A stretch of 64,000 bases of DNA from a virus. The notes beneath the pieces are model-generated. The model saw only the letters and a list, made by a program, of their open reading frames with translations. It was not told the origin of the DNA and searched no databases. This document shows, in pieces, positions 47,305 through 56,439 of this stretch. Location of the stretch: positions 8,850 to 72,849 of IMG/VR virus record IMGVR_UViG_3300037141_000243. One strand, 5' to 3'. The position numbers and the translations under genes are program-made. Position 1 is the stretch's first letter, and every line of letters begins with the position of its first letter.

Positions 47305-47757
47305 CTACTGACTTTTGTATGCGATAGACGTAATCGCGCTGATGATTTTGCGGATAAGGTCGGCAGCGTGTTCTGGCTCAATCCAAAATCGCCCTTTCTT
47401 TTTGTCGAGCATCCCGCCGCATTCTTTCCATAGCTCGCGGATGCGCCCGGCGCTCACTTCCTCGCCAAGGCTGGGAACGCCTTCGAGCATGTAACGAACC
47501 ATCGCCTCGGCTTGCGTGGCGCTCAATAGATTCGTACCCACGGGTTCGTGCCGCTGCGGCGGCTTGCCTTGCTTCGCGTTCCATTCCTTGTTGAACTCCG
47601 GCTCAAAGGAAACGCCCGCGTCAGGATGAAAGTCTTGCGGCAGTTTCCAACCGAGGAAGCGGTTCACCATAAATTCGATTTGCTCACTCGCCATCGTCTT
47701 GGCCTTTCCAGTTTTATCCTGAAACATTCCGCTCAGGTCGTTGAAGTCATCTTCCAC
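47305..47757 (-). CDS. Hypothetical phage protein
   Basis: MVNRFLGWKLPQDF.PD.G and P.GTNLL...QAEAM motifs; AAGGAG RBS. Confidence 0.6.
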   Translation of the reverse strand: MEDDFNDLSGMFQDKTGKAKTMASEQIEFMVNRFLGWKLPQDFHPDAGVSFEPEFNKEWNAKQGKPPQRHEPVGTNLLSATQAEAMVRYMLEGVPSLGEEVSAGRIRELWKECGGMLDKKKGRFWIEPEHAADLIRKIISAITSIAYKSQ

Positions 47758-47769
47758 GAAATCGCTCCT

Positions 47770-48309
47770 TCAGTCTGCTAAGTGTTTCGGTGGACGCCCG
47801 ACGCCAACGCCGCGCGGCTTCAAAAGCTGATATGCCAAGCTGCGGGTCAGGCCGATCAGGGCCAACACTTCCGCCAGCTTCAATTTTGGATTGCGCCAGT
47901 GAACCATCATTTCGCGCTCGGACATTTTGGCGCGGTCCACTATCTCTTGGCGGCGCTTCTCTGCCAGATATGCCGCCGAAGGCTTCTCAGGCTCCAGTGC
48001 AGCATCGCGCATTGTGACGCCGTGGGTTTTGCTGTCCTGGCCGGTCACAATGTCCACGATGGTCACGCCCTGACCGTGGAAGCGTTCCAGCGCCTTGCGG
48101 ATCGCCACCTTGCCGCCGAAGCTGCGAAGGCCGTCCACGGTGCCAAGGCGCTCGCCGCTCTTGAGCGTGATCTTCGACCAATGCTCGGACGGCTCCCAGC
48201 CTTCGTAAATATCCTTGCCGCGAATGCCCATGTCCACCATGCGGGCGAAAACCTTCTTGGTCCCGGCGTAGTATCTAATTGGTTTCGGGGCTGGTTTTTG
48301 TGATTTCAT
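47770..48309 (-). CDS. Putative regulator: degenerate resolvase-like fold + HTH + AT-hook
   Basis: LKSGERLGTVDGLRSFG...GVTIVDI resembles a resolvase core but lacks YxRVS; C-terminal GLTRSLAYQLL and GRPPK. Confidence 0.4.
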   Translation of the reverse strand: MKSQKPAPKPIRYYAGTKKVFARMVDMGIRGKDIYEGWEPSEHWSKITLKSGERLGTVDGLRSFGGKVAIRKALERFHGQGVTIVDIVTGQDSKTHGVTMRDAALEPEKPSAAYLAEKRRQEIVDRAKMSEREMMVHWRNPKLKLAEVLALIGLTRSLAYQLLKPRGVGVGRPPKHLAD

Positions 48310-48317
48310 GGAAACAT

Positions 48318-48357
48318 TCCATAAGCTATGGACAATTACCCGTCAAGGGGCTATAAG
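48318..48357. promoter_or_regulatory. Overlapping divergent promoters with a palindromic operator candidate
   Basis: Minus TTGACG-N17-TATGGA; plus TGGACA-N17-TATAAG; palindrome CCATA-AGC-TATGG at 48319-48331. Confidence 0.6.
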
Positions 48358-48448
48358 CTGGTTTTGCTGGTGCGTGGGCATTGTGAGCCAACCGGGCGGG
48401 AGTACCCCACAATTCCCCGTCCACCTGAATAACGAGGGCCGCAGGACA

Positions 48449-48646
48449 GTGAGCGAGCTGGACGATTTTGAAAACTGCGGTTTTGGAGATGAAAACTCTG
48501 GGAAGCGTACGCGCCGAAGGGTGCCGTTCCGGTGCCAAGGAGTAAAGAAGAATGGCGAGCCATGCACTGTCCGAAGCGGCCGCCTAATCTTTGTTGATCG
48601 CGTTCCTTATTGTGGCAAGCATGTGCCTAACACTGAAAACCTATAA
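48449..48646 (+). CDS. Small Zn-binding protein
   Basis: GTG after AGGA; CQGVKKNGEPC...YCGKH. Confidence 0.55.
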   Translation: MSELDDFENCGFGDENSGKRTRRRVPFRCQGVKKNGEPCTVRSGRLIFVDRVPYCGKHVPNTENL

Positions 48647-48656
48647 GAAAGGCCGG

Positions 48657-50090
48657 TCAATCTTCCTGCTCTTCAACCCCTGACGCATTCTTGACCATCT
48701 TCCAATAAGTTTGATGGGGCATAAATGCACTCTGAACGCAGAATTGTCCGGTCTTGTAATTCTGTGAAATCAGAACAGAGAATTTGTCCTCATCGCCTCG
48801 CGCCTTATCGACGAAAATCCGGGCCAGCCCAAGGTCGCGCTCAAGCGCAGTCTGGTTATAGGTCAGCACCACATCCGCCGTCTGCGACTTGCTGTAATCC
48901 TCACCAATCAATTCCGACGTAACCAAGCGGGCACTCTCCCCCTTGCGGTTAGTTTGTATAGGCACGATACCGGCCACATTCCTGGCACCAAAAATTCCGC
49001 GCAGCTCGACGTATAACCGACCAAGGGCGATGCGATGATCTTGCCGGTCGTCAATGCTCATCAAATCTGGATAATCAATAATCAAAACATCAGGGGTGAA
49101 CTTATGCGAAGCTTCCAGGCCATCCAGATACGCCTCAAGCTGGCCCACGGTCAGCATCCCGGATGGAAACGATTTGACCACAAGCCGGCCAAAACGCTCA
49201 CCCCACTCGTCCATCTTGCGGGCCAGCTTCTTGTCAATACGCGGGTCAGCAAAATACAATTCAGGCTTCTGCGTTTCACGGGCAAAATCCGTGATGGTAT
49301 TTTTCTTATCCAGCACAAACTTGGTAATCTCAAATTCCTCATTGCGCTTTGCCACCGCAAACAGACGTTGCAGATAGCGCGGCATAATACGATCCTCCGA
49401 CATCTCCAGGGTGATGTGGACTACTTTCTTACCCTGGAGCAGCGCCATCACCCCGGCATGGATGCAAAAAAAGGTTTTTCCACGCCCTTTAGCTGCCATG
49501 AACGCCATCATCTCACCGGGAACAGGTCCTATACCACGTCGATCCAATTCAGGGATACCCAAGGCAATGCTGGTAACCTGATGATTGAGAAAACCCAAGA
49601 TACGCTTTTTATCTAAAAGAAATACCCCGCTATCCAACGGCTCCTGTTTCAGCTTCAGAGCCTTGTGCAAGATCAGCTCGACGTCTGTGATTAGCGTGGG
49701 GCCGCCCTGTTGGTAACGCTCGCCAGCTTGTATAACCGCAGCCTTCAAATGTTGTTCTCGTGTAAAGGCGTTCAGGCGGGAAAGAATATAGGGGGCGTTA
49801 ATGCTTTTGCTGTGCTCAACGACACCGCCGAGAATCTGTTGGTATAAATGTAAGCGTTTGTGTTTTGGATCACTGAGAATATGGTCAAAGAGATCATCAA
49901 CATGGGCGATTCCGGGCGGCTTACCATATTGCTTTCGGTAGGCTATCGCACGGTCGGCAAGATCGTCAAAAGGTGGCTCCAGTAAACTTGTGTCTAGAAT
50001 TCCCGCCGCGATCTTGCCCTGCTCCTCGTTGAAGCAAAGCAACGTGACGAGTCCTTCCTGGATATTAGTCGTCAGCTTTCCGGCGGTCAC
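48657..50090 (-). CDS. Replicative DnaB/T4 gp41-like helicase
   Basis: AAKGRGKT, HITLEMS, IIDYPDLM, QTNR, TADVV and KAR motifs. Confidence 0.9.
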   Translation of the reverse strand: MTAGKLTTNIQEGLVTLLCFNEEQGKIAAGILDTSLLEPPFDDLADRAIAYRKQYGKPPGIAHVDDLFDHILSDPKHKRLHLYQQILGGVVEHSKSINAPYILSRLNAFTREQHLKAAVIQAGERYQQGGPTLITDVELILHKALKLKQEPLDSGVFLLDKKRILGFLNHQVTSIALGIPELDRRGIGPVPGEMMAFMAAKGRGKTFFCIHAGVMALLQGKKVVHITLEMSEDRIMPRYLQRLFAVAKRNEEFEITKFVLDKKNTITDFARETQKPELYFADPRIDKKLARKMDEWGERFGRLVVKSFPSGMLTVGQLEAYLDGLEASHKFTPDVLIIDYPDLMSIDDRQDHRIALGRLYVELRGIFGARNVAGIVPIQTNRKGESARLVTSELIGEDYSKSQTADVVLTYNQTALERDLGLARIFVDKARGDEDKFSVLISQNYKTGQFCVQSAFMPHQTYWKMVKNASGVEEQED

Positions 50091-50287
50091 TGGCTGGGTT
50101 CACCCTTGGACCCGCACCAGAATGCTTCGTTCAGTTCGTCACAAACAGCGTCGGCCTGATCGCGCGTCAAATTCATTTTAAGGAAAAGCTGTTGCCCGGT
50201 CGCGGCATTCAAAATTACATAAAACCGGCGCACCCCGTCATGGTCAGACAACGGGGCTTCCATTAAAACTGTGTATCGATCACGCAT
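50087..50287 (-). CDS. Hypothetical protein
   Basis: 66 aa, GGGAG RBS. Confidence 0.5.
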   Translation of the reverse strand: MRDRYTVLMEAPLSDHDGVRRFYVILNAATGQQLFLKMNLTRDQADAVCDELNEAFWCGSKGEPSQ

Positions 50288-50316
50288 GGTTTCTCCCTCA
50301 GCCTAACATACGCACC

Positions 50317-50808
50317 CTATTGATCGACCTTCGCTACAATAAACCCAAACAGACCAGCCGATACATATCCTGGGTATTGTGAATCGAGCGCTTCTGGTAT
50401 CCGATCAATCTGTGACAGCATGGTCGACACCCCAAAGATACCCATCGCCTTCAGATGCGTTTCCAGCGCCTTGGCGCAGAGGAAAGAAAGCTGCGGCTCA
50501 TGGCGCTTACCCATCTTGGACTTGTTCTTGAGATCGGTCAGAAAACACATCAGGCCCGGCAGTTTGGAAAGGTACGCATCCTTGTAGGCGTTGCGCCTTT
50601 TGATATCAAAGTACGCCCCCTTGGCCGCCAACACGTTTTCACGGATCAACAGGGTTACAATTCCTGACAGCACCCAATCGGACGGTATCAGATCAGGCTG
50701 AGACGCTTTGGTTGGTAAGGACCGTGCGCCCTTTATCCATTTGGCGACCTCGTCCAGATCGGCGGACGACAACTTTGGCAGAGCAGCGATGATGTCGTTG
50801 CGGTTCAT
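50317..50808 (-). CDS. Hypothetical protein
   Basis: 163-aa ORF upstream of the helicase; ends ALDSQYPGY..AGL. Confidence 0.6.
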   Translation of the reverse strand: MNRNDIIAALPKLSSADLDEVAKWIKGARSLPTKASQPDLIPSDWVLSGIVTLLIRENVLAAKGAYFDIKRRNAYKDAYLSKLPGLMCFLTDLKNKSKMGKRHEPQLSFLCAKALETHLKAMGIFGVSTMLSQIDRIPEALDSQYPGYVSAGLFGFIVAKVDQ

Positions 50809-50815
50809 GGCGTTG

Positions 50816-51271
50816 TCATACGCGCCAATCGGTTTGGTCCCAAGTTCCTTTACCTAAGTTACAATCTCTGCACAAAACCTGTAAATTGTTTATATCCAGC
50901 GCCAACTTTGGGAATTTACTACGCGGCTTGATGTGGTCAATGTGGAGCGGCCCCAGCGACCCACAGCATTGACACTTACGCCCGTGCAAAAGAATTGCCT
51001 CGTAACGTAATTCCAACCAAGCCTTAGAAAAGAAAAACCCATTGTTCTTACAATGCTTAACATAAAACTCTTTCATGGCGATCAAAGCCCCAGCAGGTCC
51101 CATAGGCTGCCCGGTTAAAGCTGTCCCTAATCGGGCGTAACCCCAATTCAAACTCGCCGGTAACCCACGAGTCCTCAATGTTTCAACGGTAAACCTAGCC
51201 CACTGATATTGTAGGTTTACTTTAGCTCTGATCTCTCTCTTCTTCATTGTCATCAGTACTTTCTCTACCAT
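50816..51271 (-). CDS. HNH endonuclease (McrA-like)
   Basis: W.ELRY, CQCCG, HIDHIKPRSK.P.LALD.NNLQVLC.DCN.GK. Confidence 0.88.
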   Translation of the reverse strand: MVEKVLMTMKKREIRAKVNLQYQWARFTVETLRTRGLPASLNWGYARLGTALTGQPMGPAGALIAMKEFYVKHCKNNGFFFSKAWLELRYEAILLHGRKCQCCGSLGPLHIDHIKPRSKFPKLALDINNLQVLCRDCNLGKGTWDQTDWRV

Positions 51272-51931
51272 CTCTGGTACCTCTCTGGTATTTGTATCCC
51301 ATCACCCACAACCCCGTCCCCGTCTCCCTGCCTGCCCCGTTTTGGGCGCGCGGACGAACCTGGGGGCTGCCTTGAGAACGTTTACCAGAACCACCCAGTA
51401 TCGTTGGGCCAGACGCCTGCCTGCTAAAGTAACCGTAGCAGCGGTATTTAATTAGGCACGAAGGTCCTGTATATCCTAAGCACGACAGCAAACTTTAGTA
51501 GGAGCGGGGCACTCCCGTTCTATCCCTTTGAAAACGGTCAAAGGATTCCGATCCTGAAAATCGCAGGATACCGGGCTGACGCTCGCACTTTTCTCTGAGG
51601 GTGATGTTTGCGGGATGCGGGTGCTTATGCTATAAGCCGCCTCGCATGTGCCGGGAACTACACCTTCCCATCCCCAAGTGTGCCGCGTCAAACGGCCCTT
51701 GGGGAATTGCCTTTAGCAAATTACTTAACTCAATCGGTTTTTATTCCGGGTATTGTAATAGCTTAATCGGCAACTTCTTCATTTGTCGGGGGTTAAATGC
51801 GAGCGGCGGCGGTGCAATACCAAATGCCTAATGCGATCCCGGACACGACTCCCATAGCATACCGCCCCTTTGCCCGCAAAGCATTTTTATGGCCCGTATG
51901 CTAAGGTCAGGGAAACCAAGGTTAGGGCTGG

Positions 51932-52802
51932 GATGACCATACAAGACAAACCCACTACCGAGAAAAAGCTTCACAAGGTGACCAGCAAATTCGCGGCTCT
52001 GGAAGCTGAGCTTCAGCTTATTGTGCCCCCCAAGGTCTTCGATGCGCTCACCCAGCTATGCCGCCTCTATCTTGCCGCTGCCGGCGATAGTGATGCGGCC
52101 CGCGACTACATCGCCAAGCTGGCCTTTATTTTCCGTCAGGAGGCTTACCAACGCTTTGGACACGAATCGCTCGAGACCTTCGCCTTAGCAAAGCTGATGC
52201 GTCAGACCGAATCCAAGTGGACGCCCAAGCTACCGCGCCTGGATTCAATTTCGTGGATACGTGCTTACCGCAACAAGGACGCGCGGTTGGATTCATCGCA
52301 AGAAGAGGCGGCGGAATGTATCAAAAGGGTCTGGACGGCGTTTGGGAGATTTATGGGGATTGCGGGGCGCGGCTTTGAGGGTGGTGGGGGATCGCGCGGG
52401 CGGGTTTTAAGTCCGCTGGATGTCATGGATCAATCACAGTGGGAAGATTATAACAAGATTTACATTCCATGGTACGAACGGGCCAAGATTACCCAGGTCG
52501 ACCGGCGCAGGGGCAACAGCCACATTTCCCTGGCTGCCATCGTATTCAAGATTCTTGTAGACGACCTTTACCCAGAGGAATTGGACTCATCCTATTGCCT
52601 GGTTCGTGGATCATCCCTGAAGGCCCTGAAAGCGGCTTTGAGTTGTTATTGGTCGCCTGAGGCCCTGGCGACCTTTGGAGCCCCCCAAACCCCGGCCCCG
52701 GTCTTTGATTCTAGGGGCCACAGGCTTGCCGTGGCGGGCGATCCGGCCCCTGCCCCTATCCTAGCCCCATCCGACCCCAAACCCGGCCTGGCAAGGGCCT
52801 AA
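51932..52802 (+). CDS. Hypothetical protein, possible late transcription regulator
   Basis: Largest plus-strand ORF; L...Q..AA..I...W pattern and C-terminal HTH-like segment; start and function uncertain. Confidence 0.5.
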
Positions 52803-52819
52803 CCATTAAAGGAACTTTA

Positions 52820-53940
52820 ATGAAACAGAAATACTGTAGGCACCTAATCCGCGAAGAGCGGCCCAGCTTGGACTCGCGCTCGAACGAAATAGTTTGCCGG
52901 AATTGTGGTACGCCCCTTGGCCTGATCGCAAAGGCGGATGCTGACCCAATTGTTGAGGACGATGATGAAAGTTTTGCAGATCGTGCAATCGAGGCCAAAA
53001 TTGATCGGACTTGTGGAATTTACAATCCTGATTCCGAGTGGTTGTTTTGAGAGGGGATACCAAATGCTCCTGATCTGGCTCTGGGTTTTACCTGGGATGG
53101 TTGCCGGCGCAATGCTGGACGCATCCGAGGGTGGTAATCTCGGTGTGTTGGTAGGGGCAATTCTGGGTCCGCTGATGGTCTTTGTATGGGTTTGCAACGG
53201 GTTCAATCGAAACGTAAGGTGAGCTGATGTGTGATCATCCTACCACTTACCAAGAATCCACTCCCAGCCCGAATGTAGACCAAGTCGTATGTTATGAGTG
53301 TGGAGAAATTGTACGCTTGGTAAATAGGGAGATAAAAGATGTTAATGAGCGACGCACAGAAGATTGATCTGTTAAAATCCATCAATCTACAGGGCTGGGG
53401 TCCGGCTTTCGTTTGCGGGCGTATTTTGGAGTGTGCCCGATCTGCCTCTTATTATCGAAGTCTGGAGCGAATCTCCGCTATTGCAACTGCCGATCTTCAT
53501 CAGGAGGAAGCCATTTGGTATTATAAATACTTGGTGGAAAAATCTCGCAATGACCTGAAGTCTGATAAGTCTTGGGGCAGGCCGTGGACGTTGGCGTATA
53601 CAAAGATGCTGACCCTGCTTTCCCCGGAAGAAATGGAATTGCTCGATACCGCTTTACGTCATATTGGTGTGCATACATGAGCCGGATTTTTACTCGCGTG
53701 CTTACGGACATGGGGCCGCGTACAACGGTCTTTTCAGTTCATGAGGGTATGGCTCGTCTGCTTTCAGAAGCGCAAGTCTATGATGCCATCGTGATTTTAC
53801 CCGATGTGGGGCCTTACCAAACCGTTGATCAATTGGCAAAAGCGCGGGGGCGCACCCTGGATCGGGAAATATCTCGCAGGCGGAAGCGTAGGCCAGTGTT
53901 GGTTCAGCCGGCGCGGCTTCGGATTACCAAAAAGCCATAG
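52820..53940 (+). other. Plus-strand operon of small hypothetical genes (52820-53050, 53063-53222, 53339-53680, 53677-53940)
   Basis: RBSs (AAGGA, GAGGGG, GGGAG) and an ATGA overlap; includes a Zn-ribbon protein and a membrane peptide. Confidence 0.55.
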
Positions 53941-53945
53941 ACATG

Positions 53946-53982
53946 AAAAAGGCCCGCCAGCCTTTTGAGGGGCCAGCGGGTC
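53946..53982 (-). terminator. Intrinsic terminator at the convergence point
   Basis: Minus strand GACCCGCTGGCC-loop-GGCTGGCGGGCC followed by TTTTT. Confidence 0.7.
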
Positions 53983-54022
53983 AAGTTACTCAGGGGACCG
54001 AGGGAGAGTAATCCCCGGAGGT

Positions 54023-54274
54023 TTACAGAAAAAATCGCTTACCTAACGAGCACATCAGTACCATCGCGCTATCGGTCAGATGAAGGGGGCTGTTTCGGAC
54101 ACCTAAATCTGAGCCCACCAACTCGGTATACGCGCGCCGAAGATAGACCCCCCACATAGTATCAACTTTAATCTGTAGTGTTGTTAGCTTTACGCCGACA
54201 AAATACACCACCCCCAAGATGGAAATCGTCGATAAGGTCATGCTCATGATAATCGCAAGACTGTTGATGGTCAT
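54023..54274 (-). CDS. Membrane-anchored hypothetical protein
   Basis: N-terminal hydrophobic helix, then KVDTMW. Confidence 0.5.
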   Translation of the reverse strand: MTINSLAIIMSMTLSTISILGVVYFVGVKLTTLQIKVDTMWGVYLRRAYTELVGSDLGVRNSPLHLTDSAMVLMCSLGKRFFL

Positions 54275-54350
54275 TTATTTTCCCAGGTTTGTTTAACATC
54301 AATAGCGCGGCTTCGACCCCGAGCTGTCAGTCGCCTTTTTTCCTCAAGCC

Positions 54351-54626
54351 TTAAGCGGCCTGCGTACCTGAAAAGCTCTTGTTGAAGAACCACCCGTACT
54401 TTAGCGCGCCAGTAATATCGTTCCCTGCTACCGTCGCGCTGAAGTCGGCGTCATAACCGTCGAGACTTACATTCCCCGAGAGTGCCGGGCCGTTTGCCTT
54501 CCCGTTCGCAATCTCGCCGGTCCCGTAGTCGGCGCTGACGACGGTTCCCGAGAAGCCGCCCTTTGCGTCCATCTCGATGTTGACCTCGGCCTGATGGCCA
54601 CCTTCGACCGTGATGTTGTATTTCAT
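54351..54626 (-). CDS. Hypothetical beta-rich protein
   Basis: 91 aa, GGAG RBS, ATGA overlap. Confidence 0.6.
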   Translation of the reverse strand: MKYNITVEGGHQAEVNIEMDAKGGFSGTVVSADYGTGEIANGKANGPALSGNVSLDGYDADFSATVAGNDITGALKYGWFFNKSFSGTQAA

Positions 54627-55078
54627 GGATTAGGTTTCTCCGTGTGAACGTTGATGTCTGTGGCAGGCTGCGACTGGGATGGGAGTGCTGAGACGGACCG
54701 TGCTGTAACCATCCGAACGACTGCCTGCTGCCCTTCCTCAGTCGTGACGTCGAACCCGAGCTTCTTAAAGAGATCCGGCGACTGCATAATTGCGTAATTC
54801 GCTGCCTTGGCCACAGTTGGATCGGAGACGTTTATCGTCAGCTTATTGATACCGTCGTCCGCCGCTGTCGTCGCGTACTTCTGGCCGTTCACGATAGTCG
54901 CGTTGACGCGGTCTACGATGACCGACATCGCAGCCTGCGACGCGGCGATCCCGTGGTTCCGGAGCCAGACGACGACGTAGTAGGCGATGACGGGCGTCGA
55001 GGCCGTTATGATGCCCGCGACCGCGACGATCATCCCGTTTATGGCTGGGATGAGCGGCGCGAAATCTATTCCAATCAT
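54623..55078 (-). CDS. Putative holin
   Basis: N-terminal TM segment followed by amphipathic helices; lies in the lysis cluster. Confidence 0.5.
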   Translation of the reverse strand: MIGIDFAPLIPAINGMIVAVAGIITASTPVIAYYVVVWLRNHGIAASQAAMSVIVDRVNATIVNGQKYATTAADDGINKLTINVSDPTVAKAANYAIMQSPDLFKKLGFDVTTEEGQQAVVRMVTARSVSALPSQSQPATDINVHTEKPNP

Positions 55079-55087
55079 TCATGTCTC

Positions 55088-55480
55088 CTATTCGTGTGGA
55101 TCAGCGATGACGGCAGAACCGTCCTCGGCGGTTTCTTTAGCAAGGCATCGAACAAGGATTTTTATGGAATCCTGCCCGGTAAGATCGTAAGCGGATATGA
55201 CAGCCCCTGCCGCTCCGCCAGCAGCACCCGCCAAAGGCACTAGCGGGTTGATAACAGCAGTTGCCGTATTGTTTGTGGCCCCGGAAAATGTTTGCTGGGC
55301 AATTGTCCCAACATCTGTACCGGGTAAATAATTATCTGCGGTCCAGTGGCATTCTTCGAGGTCGGCTTGATATTGTTTCATATTGACGTAGCGGGCAACG
55401 ACTGGGGTATAATTCTTGGAGCTGGGAAATACTGCACAACCAGCTAACAGCAGCGGGAGAAGACAAAGCATCTTTCGCAT
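55088..55480 (-). CDS. Lipoprotein with glycine zipper (spanin candidate)
   Basis: MRKMLCLLPLLLAGC lipobox; AGAAGGAAGAVI; GGGAG RBS. Confidence 0.65.
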   Translation of the reverse strand: MRKMLCLLPLLLAGCAVFPSSKNYTPVVARYVNMKQYQADLEECHWTADNYLPGTDVGTIAQQTFSGATNNTATAVINPLVPLAGAAGGAAGAVISAYDLTGQDSIKILVRCLAKETAEDGSAVIADPHE

Positions 55481-55502
55481 CGAATTCTCCCGCGCTATTT
55501 GG

Positions 55503-55862
55503 TTAGGACTTCGCTGGGGTCGCGGTCGTAAGGCCAACAACGGCGGTCACAACGTCGCTCTTTACCTGCGTCAAGACAGCCGTCCCATCGCGGGCCAAGA
55601 TGTTAAGCGTGTCTGTCACGACGCTCCCGGTCGAGCCGGTCGCAATTGCTTCCGTTGCGGCGGTGGCAACGGCAGTTTTCAGATCGGCAAGGACTGCCGG
55701 CTCAAGAGCCGCCAACTCATTTTTAACCCATACCCAAGCCGCTTCCATAACGGTGGTGAGATCGGCTTCGGCGCTTTGGATAAAAGCTTCGCCATCGGCG
55801 GCTATTTCTGCACCGATTGAAGTCGCGGCTGCGGCGGGTGTGGGTGTACCTGTAGAACTCAT
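55503..55862 (-). CDS. Ala-rich helical protein in the lysis cluster
   Basis: AGGAGG RBS; 119 aa. Confidence 0.6.
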   Translation of the reverse strand: MSSTGTPTPAAAATSIGAEIAADGEAFIQSAEADLTTVMEAAWVWVKNELAALEPAVLADLKTAVATAATEAIATGSTGSVVTDTLNILARDGTAVLTQVKSDVVTAVVGLTTATPAKS

Positions 55863-55994
55863 TTGAACCTCCTGTATTCCTGGAAAAGCATTATCGCTCC
55901 AGGGGTGGTAGCACTAGCCCCGGTATTAATCGACGCCAGGAGGTCCGCCCCCACGCCGATACCGGAAACCAATGCTACCGCCTCTAAAGCGTAT

Positions 55995-56426
55995 CTAAAT
56001 CGCTTCGGCCATTGTGACGCCAGCCTGTAAATCAATGTCTTGGAAAACCCAACCGCCGCTTTCGTGTATGGCAATGCCTTTGCAGGCTTGGCTGAGAACT
56101 GTTGGGTTAGTTAAGTCAAGGGGTGCGTCAGGGCCAACCTGCATGTAGTTTGCTACGGCCAAAATGTAGGCTGTGGTGTTGTTCTCGCTGTTGGGTGCCC
56201 AGCGAGAAATACACTGGCCAATGGATTTGAGGCCATGGATTTTCTGGTAGTTGAGTAGGATGATTGCCAAGGCACGGAAGCCGTATTGTGGCGACGCAAA
56301 GACGGCAAAGCGGGTCTCGGCTTTTTGCTCTGGCGTCATTTGATCAACAGGGCACAAACCCCGCCAGTGATCACCAGCGTCTATGTTGCCCGGATTGTTG
56401 TTTCGTAAGGCGCGGTCAGCGGGCAT
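55995..56426 (-). CDS. Lysozyme-like protein (probable endolysin)
   Basis: RNNNPGNI, FAVF.SP..GFRA, RWAP..ENNT.AY and HESG motifs; heads the lysis cluster after the tail genes. Confidence 0.7.
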   Translation of the reverse strand: MPADRALRNNNPGNIDAGDHWRGLCPVDQMTPEQKAETRFAVFASPQYGFRALAIILLNYQKIHGLKSIGQCISRWAPNSENNTTAYILAVANYMQVGPDAPLDLTNPTVLSQACKGIAIHESGGWVFQDIDLQAGVTMAEAI

Positions 56427-56439
56427 TGAAATTACCTAA

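Noticed and set aside
47770-48309. Active integrase or resolvase implying lysogeny
   Set aside because: The catalytic YxRVS motif is absent and no att-like repeats were identified.
51222-51691. Two short ORFs (89 and 71 aa) as a replication initiator
   Set aside because: No recognisable domain or RBS; hairpin density suggests a non-coding role.
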